A stretch of DNA of 64,000 nt. Origin: Desulfosoma sp. (lineage in GTDB: Bacteria > Desulfobacterota > Syntrophobacteria > Syntrophobacterales > DSM-9756). Below are positions 9,463-19,750 of the stretch, in pieces. The notes under the pieces were generated by a model, which made no database searches, was not told the origin of the DNA, and saw nothing but the letters and a program-made list of their open reading frames with translations. The DNA lies in assembly GCA_037481835.1 (NCBI GenBank), contig JBBFKW010000008.1:114512-178511 (forward strand). The letters run 5' to 3'. A program made the position numbers and the translations under genes. How positions within the stretch are numbered: position 1 is the first letter of the stretch; every line of letters begins with the position of its first letter.

Positions 9463-9909
9463 TCACGCCTTGCGTTTGACGATCACAGTGTTTCCCACCA
9501 GTTCGGTCACCACGGCGCGATCTCCTACCGCGAGCCGCTTTTCCCCCTCGGCAATGCAGGGCCATTCGTCTGAGCCCAAGATCGGCGCCGGAAAACGAAC
9601 TTTTCCGCGATGGGCTTCCCGCGGAGGGTCGATGATGGTGCCCACGGCGCCCACAATCGCTTCCCTGGCTTGTCCCGCCGTTGTCCGATCCGCCATGCGC
9701 GGCTTCACCCAGAGAAACCATACCGTGACCCAAAAGGCGGATCCCAGGGCCCAGAGCAACAACTGGGCCGTCAGCGACAGGGGAAGCAGGAGCACAACGA
9801 GGCCGACGACCACGGCGGAAAGCCCGAACCAGATGATGACGAAGTTGGGGACGAAAATTTCCAGAATGGCCAGGATCATGCCGAAGGCGATCCACATCCA
9901 GTATTTCAC
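9463..9909 (-). CDS. Short NfeD family protein (YbbJ type)
   Basis: GTG start after GGAGG; 3 TM plus OB-fold (GKVRF..DEW); adjacent to SPFH. Confidence 0.88.
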   Translation of the reverse strand: MKYWMWIAFGMILAILEIFVPNFVIIWFGLSAVVVGLVVLLLPLSLTAQLLLWALGSAFWVTVWFLWVKPRMADRTTAGQAREAIVGAVGTIIDPPREAHRGKVRFPAPILGSDEWPCIAEGEKRLAVGDRAVVTELVGNTVIVKRKA

Positions 9910-9962
9910 CGGAAACCTCCTCTCCCCCAATCCCTGACGCCGTATGGGCCTGGGTTCTGCGG

Positions 9963-10598
9963 CTAGGCGCCGGAAGCCAGTTCGCGGAAGCCGTCCTTGG
10001 AAACAAGGGCGAAACGATAGGGCGGGCCCACCTCCTCTTTGTACCAGGTGAGAGATTCCATGGCGGAACGGACTTCTTTCAGCACCTCCTCGGCCGAAGC
10101 ACCTCTTTCGGCCATCTTGCTCAGTCGATATTCCAAGGCCATGCGTCGAGGTACCGTGAAGGCGTTGAGAATCTCTTCACCGTCCAGTTGGGGCCGCTTC
10201 TTCTTGGTCCAGACGAGATAAAGCTTGTAGGGGTTTTCATGGTCCTGGCCCGAAACCCCTGCCAGGATGAAATGGACGGAGTGCATGGGATCCAGGGGAA
10301 CGCCCCCGCACATCGCCCGCATGAATTCGTTGAAGCGGGAGGAGAGAAAAGCCAAACCCGCCGAGTAAATCTCTTCGATGGTTTCCAGCTTTTCCTCGCC
10401 GACGAAACGGCTCAATGCCCGGGCCATCTCCACGCCCTCAGGAGCGCCTCCGACCGCCACGGCCGCCCGCGGTCCCAGTGTAAAAAGGCGCTCCACGACG
10501 AGGTGAATCACATGGCCCTGAGCATCCAGGTCCACGGCCTTGGCGTCGACCCCGAGGACGATCCCTTCCGTGCTTCGACAGGCGATAAGCTGCGACAT
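9963..10598 (-). CDS. Proteasome-subunit-like Ntn-hydrolase fold protein
   Basis: MSQLIAC..EGIVLGVDAK, VERLFTLGPRAAVAVGG and VHFILAGV match the proteasome/HslV strand pattern; AAGGAGG RBS. Confidence 0.6.
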   Translation of the reverse strand: MSQLIACRSTEGIVLGVDAKAVDLDAQGHVIHLVVERLFTLGPRAAVAVGGAPEGVEMARALSRFVGEEKLETIEEIYSAGLAFLSSRFNEFMRAMCGGVPLDPMHSVHFILAGVSGQDHENPYKLYLVWTKKKRPQLDGEEILNAFTVPRRMALEYRLSKMAERGASAEEVLKEVRSAMESLTWYKEEVGPPYRFALVSKDGFRELASGA

Positions 10599-10712
10599 GA
10601 GTTCCTCCTTAAATGGGTTTGGTGTTTCTCCTGTTGCGTCCGATGCCTGTTTACGCTACAAATTTGAAACCCTCACAGACCTTTTTCCCTCGTGTCAAGT
10701 GGGAGCCCCTCA

Positions 10713-13631
10713 ATGCGGGAAAAACGCCTTGGCTGTGCCGTCACCATATGGTTCGTTCTTACAATGCTTTGCGGAATCTCGGAAGGCCAAATCGTCCGGG
10801 TTTGCACCTACGATGGATTCCCTCTGACCTTTCGCGACCCATCGGGCAAGCCGTCCGGTCTTTTCGTCGACATTCTGAATGAGATCGCTCAGAAAGAAAA
10901 GTGGTCGTTGGCATACCGCCACGACGCATGGCAAAATTGCCTAAATGCCGCTCGGGACAATGATGCGGATCTTTTGGTGGCTATTGCGGAAACCGAGGAT
11001 CGGCGATCATATGTGCGATTCAGCCGTGAAACCATCCTCGTGAATTGGGGTGTTCTTTTTACAAGCAAAGATCATCCCATCGAAAGCATCGTCCAGTTGC
11101 AGAATAAAAAGATCGCCGTCCTTCGCGGAGATGTCTATTTTCGACCGTTAGCCGATCTTCTGGATAGCTTCCGCATACCGGTGGACTATGTGGAAGCCCC
11201 TTCTTACGACACCGTGATGACCATGCTGGAAGAGCATCAGGTGGACCTGGGCCTGGTGAACAGAATTTACGGGGCTTTCGCTCAAAACCGGTACCGAGTC
11301 CAAAGCACGCCCATTGTCGTGCACCCGGTGGAATTGAAATTCGCCGCTTCCCTGAACGCTTCTCCCATGCTGTGCGACATCATTGATCGGTACATAAAAG
11401 AATGGAAAAGACAAGAAAATTCCTTCTTGCAGGAGGTCTTTTCCCGTTGGCTTCAAATCCCTATGAAAACTCCAAGGGAAGCCCTTTTTCAGCGATATTT
11501 CTATGCGGCCTTGGGAGGGGCCTTTATCCTCGTCCTGCTTGCGGTTTTTTTGCGAAAACAGGTGGGCCATAAGGCACGTCTGATCCAAAAAGTCATCGGG
11601 CAGCTCACGGATGCCGAAGCGCAACGGCGAGCGGCCGAGGAAGCCCTGGCGGAAGCGGAGGACTGGTATCGTGCGGTATTCCAAAAAGCGGACGATGCTC
11701 TCTTGGTCCTCGATGAATCCGGGAAAATTATAGAATGCAATCCGGCTGCAACCCGCTTGTTCCAGCTCCGCTTGGAAGACTTCGTCGGCCGCACCCCCAT
11801 GGATTTTTCTCCCGACCTGCAACCTGACGGCTCTGTTTCACGAGATCGTGGACGCTCACTTCTCGAGGCCACTATGGCCGGCTGTCCTCAGCGTTTCGGA
11901 TGGCAGCATAAAACCCCTGATGGGAAACTTTTTGATGCCGAAGTGCAATTAAGCCTCTTGTTCCAAAAGGGACACGCCCGCGTTCTCGCCTCCGTCCGGG
12001 ATGTCTCCCACCAAAAAGCTTTGGAAACAGAGCGAGAAAGACATCAGAAATACTTGGAAACCGTTCTCGACGGCATCCCTGTGGCCTTGTTTGTCATCGA
12101 CCTGAAAGGCCATGTGGTTTTTTGGAACAGGATGTGTGAGACGATTACGGGCATGTCCAAGGAGGCGGTTCTCACTCGTCCCTTGGACCTCAGGCCGATT
12201 TTGGAAGGCAAAGACCTCCCCATCCCGGCTTTGCTTCTCTTGGAGATGACCCCGGAAGACTTTCTTCGAAGCCATCCTGAATGGAAAGCCCAGCCTCTTC
12301 CCTTCCATTCCGAAGGCATCCAGCTTACCGGCAAAATTCTGGTCCACGGCGAAAAGCGCTATGTCAGTGTCGTCGCAGCCCGTTTGCGTAACCAAAACGG
12401 GGAGTTGATGGGCGTCGTCCAGTGTGCTCGGGATATCACTCATGAAATCCAAATGCAAAAGCAGCTCTTACATTCTCAAAAAATGGAGGCCGTTGGGAAA
12501 CTGTCCGGGGGGATCGCCCACGATTTCAACAACATTCTCACCATCATTTTGGGGTATTGCGACCTCATGCGAAAAAAGGCCGATCTGGATCCCATGATCC
12601 TCAAGGGCGTTGACGAAATCGAAAAAACAGCCGAGAGGGCTTCCAACCTCACACGGCAGCTTCTGGCTTTCAGTCGCAAGCAGATCATGCAGCCCGTCGC
12701 CTTGGATCTCAATCGCCTCATTGAAGACCTAGCGAAAATGCTTGAGCGTCTCGTGGGAGAGGATATCCACATCGACCGACAGCTGGATGAAAATTTATGG
12801 GCTGTTTGGGCTGATCCAGTTTTTCTTGAACAAATCATTCTCAATCTCGTCATCAACGCCCGAGACGCTATGCCCTCGGGAGGTAAGCTGACCATTCAAA
12901 CGAGCAATCTCGGCCTTACAAGAAGTCGGGATGCGGGGCTTTTTACCATTCGCCCCGGAGAATACGTGTGTTTGCGTGTGAGCGATACGGGACAAGGCAT
13001 CGATCCCGAGGTGCAGCCTCGGATTTTTGAGCCGTTTTTTACGACAAAACCCGAAGGGCGTGGGACGGGCCTTGGTCTTGCCACGGTCTACGGGATTGTG
13101 AAACAACTGGGCGGATACATCCTTTTGGAAAGCGAGCTGGGAAAAGGCACAACCTTTGATATCCTTCTTCCCAGGATTCTTATGAAACCCGATGAAACTC
13201 GACAGCCCCCTCCGTTGGAGACGCCTGTTGAAGGAAGGGGAAGCGAAACCATCCTCGTCGTTGAAGACGAAGAGGCATTGCGAAGCATGATTGAAGAGGT
13301 TTTGGCCGGCAGCGGATATGGGATCCTCACGGCCTCCACAGGCGTGGAAGCTTTGGACATCTTACGCCGCGCGCCGGATGTTGACTTGGTGATCACGGAT
13401 GTGGTCATGCCGGAAATGAACGGCGTCACTCTGAGCCGGGAAATCGCGCGGTACGCGCCCCATGTGCCCATTCTCTTCACATCCGGCTACGCCGACGAAC
13501 ACTTGGCCCATCGGGGGATCCTTTTGCCGGACGTGCGTTTTCTCGCCAAACCCTTTACGGCGCAGCAATTACTCCACGTTGTCCGCGAGGTGTTAAAACA
13601 CAGGGCCTCGAAGGGTTCCAAAGGCGCATAA
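10713..13631 (+). CDS. Hybrid sensor histidine kinase (periplasmic SBP, 2xPAS, HisKA, HATPase, REC)
   Basis: GGIAHDFNN, NLVINARDAM, EPFFTTK, GTGLGL and DLVITDVVMP. Confidence 0.95.
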   Translation: MREKRLGCAVTIWFVLTMLCGISEGQIVRVCTYDGFPLTFRDPSGKPSGLFVDILNEIAQKEKWSLAYRHDAWQNCLNAARDNDADLLVAIAETEDRRSYVRFSRETILVNWGVLFTSKDHPIESIVQLQNKKIAVLRGDVYFRPLADLLDSFRIPVDYVEAPSYDTVMTMLEEHQVDLGLVNRIYGAFAQNRYRVQSTPIVVHPVELKFAASLNASPMLCDIIDRYIKEWKRQENSFLQEVFSRWLQIPMKTPREALFQRYFYAALGGAFILVLLAVFLRKQVGHKARLIQKVIGQLTDAEAQRRAAEEALAEAEDWYRAVFQKADDALLVLDESGKIIECNPAATRLFQLRLEDFVGRTPMDFSPDLQPDGSVSRDRGRSLLEATMAGCPQRFGWQHKTPDGKLFDAEVQLSLLFQKGHARVLASVRDVSHQKALETERERHQKYLETVLDGIPVALFVIDLKGHVVFWNRMCETITGMSKEAVLTRPLDLRPILEGKDLPIPALLLLEMTPEDFLRSHPEWKAQPLPFHSEGIQLTGKILVHGEKRYVSVVAARLRNQNGELMGVVQCARDITHEIQMQKQLLHSQKMEAVGKLSGGIAHDFNNILTIILGYCDLMRKKADLDPMILKGVDEIEKTAERASNLTRQLLAFSRKQIMQPVALDLNRLIEDLAKMLERLVGEDIHIDRQLDENLWAVWADPVFLEQIILNLVINARDAMPSGGKLTIQTSNLGLTRSRDAGLFTIRPGEYVCLRVSDTGQGIDPEVQPRIFEPFFTTKPEGRGTGLGLATVYGIVKQLGGYILLESELGKGTTFDILLPRILMKPDETRQPPPLETPVEGRGSETILVVEDEEALRSMIEEVLAGSGYGILTASTGVEALDILRRAPDVDLVITDVVMPEMNGVTLSREIARYAPHVPILFTSGYADEHLAHRGILLPDVRFLAKPFTAQQLLHVVREVLKHRASKGSKGA

Positions 13632-13663
13632 AAAAAGCCGGAGGCAAAGCCTTCGGCTTTTTT
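13631..13663. terminator. Bidirectional intrinsic terminator
   Basis: AAAAAAGCCGGAGGC-AAA-GCCTTCGGCTTTTTT between the convergent kinase and tRNA. Confidence 0.85.
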
Positions 13664-13672
13664 CGCGTGTAA

Positions 13673-13749
13673 TGGTCGGGACGACTGGATTTGAACCAGC
13701 GACCTCTGCGTCCCGAACGCAGCGCTCTCCCAAACTGAGCCACGTCCCG
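13673..13749 (-). tRNA. tRNA-Pro(CGG)
   Basis: CGGGACG acceptor stem, anticodon arm CTGCG-TTCGGGA-CGCAG, GGTTCAAATCC T arm, encoded CCA. Confidence 0.97.
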
Positions 13750-13886
13750 GCCGACGGTCCTTTTAGCAAAACCCGGCTCGGCTGTCTAGCTTTTTCCTGA
13801 CTCTGGCCCCGCTCGGAGCGCGGTGTTATAAGAAAGCCGCTCCCCCAAAGAGCTCACGCCAAGGAAAAAGGTGCAAGGACACTCCT

Positions 13887-15884
13887 GTGGAAGAGAGGAC
13901 ACGAAACGACCCGGATTCCCATCCCATGACGGCTGCCCATTCCCCCGATGGAGAAGGAGCCGCCGAAAGAACGCAAGCCGGCCCTGCGGGCGATCCCGAC
14001 GCGTCGGCGCCGGGGGGAACGGAAGCCCCGGCCATCCGCGTGGATCTACGAAGCCTGCCCCATGAGCCGGGTGTCTATCTTTTCAAAGACGGGGATGGGC
14101 ATGTCCTCTATGTGGGCAAGGCCCGGGACATCCAAAAGCGCGTTGCCAGCTATTTTCGCCACGACGACGCCCTGCCCCTGAAGACGAGAGCGCTCCTCAA
14201 GAACGCCTCCCACCTGGAATTCGTCGTCACCACCAACGAAAAGGAAGCGCTCCTTCTGGAATCCAGCCTCATCAAACGGCACCGGCCTCGATACAACGTG
14301 GTGCTGCGCGACGATAAGAATTACCCCGCCTTGCGCCTGGACCCCCGGGAACCCTACCCGCGCCTCACCGTCGTCCGCCGTTTTGAAAACGACGGCGCCC
14401 TCTACTTCGGCCCCTATCATGCCGCCCATGCCCTTCGGGAAACCTTGAAAATCCTTCACCGGGTCTTTCCCCTGCGACTGTGCCGATCGCCTCGCCTTGT
14501 GCCGCGCGAAAGACCCTGCTTGAATTATTCCCTGGGCCGATGCCTCGGGGCCTGCGCGGGCAAGGTCACCCAGGAGGAATACCGCCGGGTGGTGGACGAG
14601 GTCGTCTTGTTTCTTCAAGGAAAGACCCAAAAACTCCAGGCCCTTTTGAAACAAAGGATGCAGGAGGCGGCCCAGGCTTTGGAATTCGAAAAGGCGGCCT
14701 TTTATCGCGATCGGCTGCAGTATATCGAGGAAGTCCAGGAATCCCAGAATATCGTTTCCAGCCGTTTTCAAGACCAGGACGTGGTGGGCTTCGTCCAAGA
14801 GGACGAGTTCTGGACTGTGGTGATGCTCTTTGTCCGCCGAGGTGCCGTCATCGGTCAAAGGACCTACCACCTTCAAAACATTTCAGGACGGCCTCCGGAT
14901 GTGCTCGCCTCCTTTCTCAGCCAGTTTTACGCCGATGGACGGATGATCCCCGACGAAGTCCTTCTCCCCGTGGCCGTGGAGGGCCAGGAAACCCTGGAGG
15001 AGTGGCTTTCGGAGTCCCGAGGAAAACGCATGCGGCTCTGGACGGCCCAACGAGGCAGCCGGCGGGCTTTGTTGGACCTGGCGGCCAAAAACGCTCTGGA
15101 ACAGCACCGGAGCTTCGCGCATGGAAACGACACACCCTTGAAGGTCCTGGAGGACATCCGGGACATGTTCCAGCTGCCCCGCGTGCCGAGAAGCATCGTC
15201 TGCGTGGACATTTCCAACGTCCACGGCCGCCACGCCGTGGGATCAGCCGTGACCTTCGTGGACGGGCGGCCCCGACCGTCTCTCTATCGGCGCTTTGTCA
15301 TTCGAACGGTTTCCGAACCCGACGATCCCGCCATGATGGCCGAAACGGTGGAGCGCCTCCTGGACGGACGGCGTCGTCTGGCCGAAACCACTGATTTGCT
15401 CCTCTTGGACGGCGGGAAGAGCCAGCTCAACCGCATTGAGCATCTCCTGGAAACCAGAGGACTCCGGGACCGTTTACCCGTTCTGGCCCTGGCCAAGGAA
15501 AAGGACAAGGACGTGGGGCCGGAAGGACGCGGCTTTTATGAAAAGGTCTACGTGCCCGGACGAAAAAACCCCGTGTTTCTCGCCCGCCATCCCGAGGTGC
15601 TCCATTTCTTCCAGAGGGTGCGCGACGAGGCGCACCGATTCGCCATCAGCGGCTACAAGCAGCGCCACAGAAAGGAACTCCTGGCTTCCGAACTGGACGC
15701 CGTGCCGGGACTCGGCCCAAAGCGCAAGCAGGTCCTCCTTGCCCATTTCAAGGACCTGGAAACCCTGCGCAGGGCAACCGTCGAGGAGCTCACGCAGGTT
15801 CCCGGCATTCCCGAACGGCTCGCCCACAGCATCTTCCGCCACTTTCATCCCGAAAGCCCGCCCCAGCCCGAACCCGCCCCCTAA
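13887..15884 (+). CDS. uvrC: Excinuclease ABC subunit C
   Basis: GIY-YIG (PGVYLF..YVGKA), RDDKNYP, DISN, DGGK, RDEAHRFAI, HhH. Confidence 0.96.
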   Translation: MEERTRNDPDSHPMTAAHSPDGEGAAERTQAGPAGDPDASAPGGTEAPAIRVDLRSLPHEPGVYLFKDGDGHVLYVGKARDIQKRVASYFRHDDALPLKTRALLKNASHLEFVVTTNEKEALLLESSLIKRHRPRYNVVLRDDKNYPALRLDPREPYPRLTVVRRFENDGALYFGPYHAAHALRETLKILHRVFPLRLCRSPRLVPRERPCLNYSLGRCLGACAGKVTQEEYRRVVDEVVLFLQGKTQKLQALLKQRMQEAAQALEFEKAAFYRDRLQYIEEVQESQNIVSSRFQDQDVVGFVQEDEFWTVVMLFVRRGAVIGQRTYHLQNISGRPPDVLASFLSQFYADGRMIPDEVLLPVAVEGQETLEEWLSESRGKRMRLWTAQRGSRRALLDLAAKNALEQHRSFAHGNDTPLKVLEDIRDMFQLPRVPRSIVCVDISNVHGRHAVGSAVTFVDGRPRPSLYRRFVIRTVSEPDDPAMMAETVERLLDGRRRLAETTDLLLLDGGKSQLNRIEHLLETRGLRDRLPVLALAKEKDKDVGPEGRGFYEKVYVPGRKNPVFLARHPEVLHFFQRVRDEAHRFAISGYKQRHRKELLASELDAVPGLGPKRKQVLLAHFKDLETLRRATVEELTQVPGIPERLAHSIFRHFHPESPPQPEPAP

Positions 15885-16018
15885 CCCGCATCCCTGTGCC
15901 AAATGTAAGTTTCGTGAAAGTTGAGCGCAGAATCTTAGAAAGCCGGATTTTCACGGTTTGCTGTCTGGCCGGAGCCCGATGCGCGTTGGGTTTGTTCCAG
16001 AACGTCGGCCGGCGACAT

Positions 16019-16049
16019 GTAGGTTGGGGTGAGCGGAGCGAACCCCAAC
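16019..16049 (+). repeat. Single REP (family A)
   Basis: GTAGGTTGGGGTGAGCGGAGCGAACCCCAAC between convergent genes. Confidence 0.9.
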
Positions 16050-16093
16050 ATTCACCGAAACGCCCTCGCCCCCCCACATGGCCCCCTCGGCCT

Positions 16094-16612
16094 TCAGGGC
16101 TCTTCGGGATCTTGGGGGACGAGCCGCAGGAGCTTCTCCCCCATCTTACGGAGCTCCTTATCGGGCAGGGACGCGATGAGCTCCTTTTCGGCCTCGGTGA
16201 GCTTCCTCAAGGCGGGGCGCCGGACTTTTTTTCGGACCTTTTTGGGGGTGAGCTTTTGCAGTTTTCGATAATTGGCGTCCAGATCCTCGGAGGTCTCCTC
16301 AATTTCTCCCACGCGGATTCGGATTTCTTCGATCACCCGACGGCCCCACAGGGCGTTGATGCGCCGCATGAGGGCTTCCTTGTTCAATTCCAAGTGGTGT
16401 TTCCAGACGCTGTCCCGAGCGATGATGACCAGACATCCATTCTTGAGGGATCTTGGAAGGCAATGGCGCGCCACGGATTCGCCGACCAGCTCCTTCCAGT
16501 CCCCCAGCGGGCTGGATGCAAAGGACGGATGCTGGGCGAGCACGTCTTTGATGAATTGACCCACAGCCACCGCCTGCCCTTTGTGCGATTTGTCCCTTGA
16601 ATCCTTCGGCAT
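16094..16612 (-). CDS. DUF721/DciA family protein
   Basis: WKELVGESVARHCLP, DSVWKHHL and INALWG..IEEIRIRVG. Confidence 0.8.
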   Translation of the reverse strand: MPKDSRDKSHKGQAVAVGQFIKDVLAQHPSFASSPLGDWKELVGESVARHCLPRSLKNGCLVIIARDSVWKHHLELNKEALMRRINALWGRRVIEEIRIRVGEIEETSEDLDANYRKLQKLTPKKVRKKVRRPALRKLTEAEKELIASLPDKELRKMGEKLLRLVPQDPEEP

Positions 16613-16660
16613 GCTTGCAAAGCTCCCGTGCCTATGCTATGGCTGAGCCGCTTCCGCCAA

Positions 16661-16737
16661 GCCCCCGTAGCTCAGGAGGATAGAGCACAGGATTCCTAAT
16701 CCTGGTGTCGCGTGTTCGAATCACGCCGGGGGCACCA
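16661..16737 (+). tRNA. tRNA-Arg(CCT)
   Basis: GCCCCCG acceptor stem, CAGGA-TTCCTAA-TCCTG anticodon arm, GTTCGAATC, CCA. Confidence 0.97.
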
Positions 16738-16845
16738 CCCCAGCAGATTTCCCGCCGCCTACTGCCGATGTTGACAGGCGAAGGCGGTAAGCAGCTCGAT
16801 CCACAATGTGTTTGCGGTTGACAGCCCTTATGCGGGAAAACACCC

Positions 16846-18852
16846 CTACCGGGGCCCTTCGTGCTCTTCCAGGGGGAGCCAGATGGTGAATTCCGTGCCT
16901 TTGCCCACCTGGCTCTGGACGCGAATCACGCCCCCGTGGCGGGCGACGATCCCGTAGGCCACAGCGAGCCCCAGGCCGGTCCCTTTGCCCACTTCCTTTG
17001 TGGAAAAAAAAGGCTCGAAAATCTTTTCCAGGTTTTCCGGAGGAACCCCGCATCCGGTATCCTTCACGCTGAGTTCCACGCCGAGCCGCTTGACCCCTTC
17101 CCGGCTCATGGACAAGGCCACTCGGCTCGAAACCGTGATGGATCCGCCCGCCTCCGTAGCATCCAGGGCATTGATGAGAAGGTTCAGAAGGACGCTCTTC
17201 ACCTGTTGGACGTCCATGGAGACCAGCGGAATCTCCTCCCCCGGTTCGAACCGCAGGGCTACGCCCTTGATGGCCGCCTGGTTTTCCACCAATGGCAAAG
17301 TGTCCAGAACCACCCGGTTGATGTCCGTCGGCTCCATGCTCAAGGAGGTCTGGCGCGAAAAATCCAGCAGGCTTTTCACAATGCGACGCACTCTTTCCGT
17401 GGCGTCCACAATGACCTTGAGCATTTCCCGGGCTTCTTCGTCCAAATCGTCCCGCTGCAAGAGGAGATGCCCGCAGGTGAGCACCCCCGTCAGGGGATTG
17501 TTCACCTCATGGGCCACCCCCGCCGCCAGCCGCCCAACGCTGCTCAATTTCTGGGCCATCACCAGCTTGCTTTCGGTTTCCCGTTTTTGCCGTGTCTCCC
17601 GATCGCGGATGGCCTCCAGCATGGTTGCAAACGCCCTTTGGACGACGCCGATTTCGCCCTTTTCCAGAGGCCCCAGATCCGGGTGCAGGTTTCCTTTGGA
17701 CACTTCCGCTGCGGCATCGCTCAGGCGGGCAATGGGCGCGATGATCTTCCATTCCAGAAAATACCCCAACCCGATGGCCACGCTCATCCCCATGACGCTT
17801 AAGGCGGCGAAAAGCAAGATGGCTTTGTTGCGTATCCCCGCATAGGGTTTTTCAAGAACACCGACATAGAGCATGCCCACAGGGCGGCCGTCCAAATCCG
17901 CAATGGGCTCGTAACAGGTGATATACCAATCGTGCACCACGAAGGCGCGATCGTTCCAGCGTTTTCCCTGTTCCAGGACCTGTCGGGCCACGGCCGGGGA
18001 AACCTTCGTCCCCAAGGCTCTTTGGCCGTCCTCCTCGAGAACGTTCGTGGCGATGCGCACATCCCCGAGAAAGATCGTCACCGTCCCCAGGTTCCAGCCG
18101 TCATGCTCGGTCCCGCGAAACAGGCTCTCCCGAATGCCGTCCACGAACGCGGACGCCCCGTTTAAAACTTTGATGCCGAAAAGGGCCGCCGGGCCGGCCG
18201 TCCCACTGCCCAACGGAACCGCCGCACTCAGAGTCATAACCTCCCCTAGGAACCGGCGGGACGAGGCCTCGGTCGGGGTAGGTTTGAGGGGGATCCGGGC
18301 TCTTTCGGAAAGAGCCGGATCCATGAGCGCCACGTCGGACAGGGCAAGCACCATGGTCCCACGAACGGGCTGATGGAACTTCAAGGCCTTTTCCACGGAC
18401 GGCAAAATCTTTTCGGAAGACCGGAAACTCTGGAAAGGCCCCGAAGAGAGCGCCCAGACCCGACCGCCGGCGTCAGCCAACCCCACCAGGTCGAACGGGC
18501 CGCTTTCAGCAATGGACCGCAGGGCCCGGCCAAGACCTTCGGCGCCCGAGTCCTGGAAAATCCCCTGAAAGTTCGTCCCTTCGGCGGCCACGCGAAGGGC
18601 CAGTTCCATCTTTCCAGCATGATCTTCGTACATTTGGCGGGCTGCGTTGAGATCCTGCGTGACGCGGATCTTGGCTTCACGAAGAAAAGTGTTGTACAGC
18701 ACGCCGCCTCCCACCAAAAGGGGGACACCGCCCGTCAGGAACGAAAAAAGGAGGAAGGTGGCGATGAGTTTGACGCGCGTGGATCCTAGGGCTGGAAATC
18801 TTTTGGAAAAGGAAACCATGCAAGCCTCGCCGCAGGAAGGAAGAGTCGTCAA
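16846..18852 (-). CDS. Sensor histidine kinase (Cache-HAMP-HisKA-HATPase); start may be 18819
   Basis: [26 protein letters not shown] and GTGLGL. Confidence 0.93.
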   Translation of the reverse strand: MTTLPSCGEACMVSFSKRFPALGSTRVKLIATFLLFSFLTGGVPLLVGGGVLYNTFLREAKIRVTQDLNAARQMYEDHAGKMELALRVAAEGTNFQGIFQDSGAEGLGRALRSIAESGPFDLVGLADAGGRVWALSSGPFQSFRSSEKILPSVEKALKFHQPVRGTMVLALSDVALMDPALSERARIPLKPTPTEASSRRFLGEVMTLSAAVPLGSGTAGPAALFGIKVLNGASAFVDGIRESLFRGTEHDGWNLGTVTIFLGDVRIATNVLEEDGQRALGTKVSPAVARQVLEQGKRWNDRAFVVHDWYITCYEPIADLDGRPVGMLYVGVLEKPYAGIRNKAILLFAALSVMGMSVAIGLGYFLEWKIIAPIARLSDAAAEVSKGNLHPDLGPLEKGEIGVVQRAFATMLEAIRDRETRQKRETESKLVMAQKLSSVGRLAAGVAHEVNNPLTGVLTCGHLLLQRDDLDEEAREMLKVIVDATERVRRIVKSLLDFSRQTSLSMEPTDINRVVLDTLPLVENQAAIKGVALRFEPGEEIPLVSMDVQQVKSVLLNLLINALDATEAGGSITVSSRVALSMSREGVKRLGVELSVKDTGCGVPPENLEKIFEPFFSTKEVGKGTGLGLAVAYGIVARHGGVIRVQSQVGKGTEFTIWLPLEEHEGPR

Positions 18853-18971
18853 GCCCTCACGAAAGCGGCCTTTTTCCCCGGAGCACCCTTGAACAATAGC
18901 GCCATTCTGCTATCATCCGCAATGAAAACCCGGCACGGATACATGGATGAGAAACGAACAAGGAGCCTTGC

Positions 18972-19706
18972 ATGGTCCCCGGCCCCGGAGCGCTCAAAGC
19001 CGTAATTTTCGACTTCGACGGCGTCATCGTGGATTCCGAACCCTTGCACTACCAAGCCTTTTGCGACGTCCTGGAACCCCTGGGGCTGGCCCATTCTTAC
19101 GATGTTTATGTGGAACGCTACATCGGCTTCGACGACCGGGATGCCGTGCGCGCCATCTTTCAGGACGCCGGACGGATCCTTGATCCCGATGCGTTCCAAC
19201 GGCTGCTCCGGGCCAAGGAAGAAGCCTTCAAAAGAATCGTGGCCCGGGGTGTGGTGCCCTTTGACGGAGCGAAAGACCTGGTGAATGAAATCCTTCGGGC
19301 GGGGATTCCCCTGGCCATCGCCTCCGGGGCCAAAGGCGACGAAATCCGCCTCATCCTCCAAGGACTGGGGATGCTCCATGCCTTTTCCGTCATCGTTTCA
19401 GCGGATGACGTGACAGCGGGGAAACCCCAACCGGAAACCTACCAACGGGCCCTTCAGGGCCTATTTTCCCGGTGCCCCGACATGCTCTCAGATCCTGCGT
19501 CGGACGGAGCCTCCTCCCGGGGCGTTGTCGTCATCGAAGACACCCCCACGGGGATCCAGGCTGCGCGCAGCGCCGGTCTTTTCGTCGTGGGCGTCGGGCA
19601 CACTTACCCCGTCTCTGAGCTGCACCAGGCGCACTGGGTGGTGCCGCGGATTGCGGATCTCACTCTGGAACGGCTTCGCGACGCCCTGCGCCTTCACAAA
19701 CCTTAG
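18972..19706 (+). CDS. HAD family phosphatase
   Basis: IFDFDGVIVDSE, GKPQP and IEDTPTGIQAA. Confidence 0.92.
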   Translation: MVPGPGALKAVIFDFDGVIVDSEPLHYQAFCDVLEPLGLAHSYDVYVERYIGFDDRDAVRAIFQDAGRILDPDAFQRLLRAKEEAFKRIVARGVVPFDGAKDLVNEILRAGIPLAIASGAKGDEIRLILQGLGMLHAFSVIVSADDVTAGKPQPETYQRALQGLFSRCPDMLSDPASDGASSRGVVVIEDTPTGIQAARSAGLFVVGVGHTYPVSELHQAHWVVPRIADLTLERLRDALRLHKP

Positions 19707-19750
19707 ACCCGTTTTCCAGTTCCCCGCAGCCGAGAAGAAAGGTGCACGCC

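Noticed and set aside
10692..13749. Genomic island integrated at tRNA-Pro
   Set aside because: The kinase looks somewhat more AT-rich, but I saw no duplicated tRNA 3' end and no integrase
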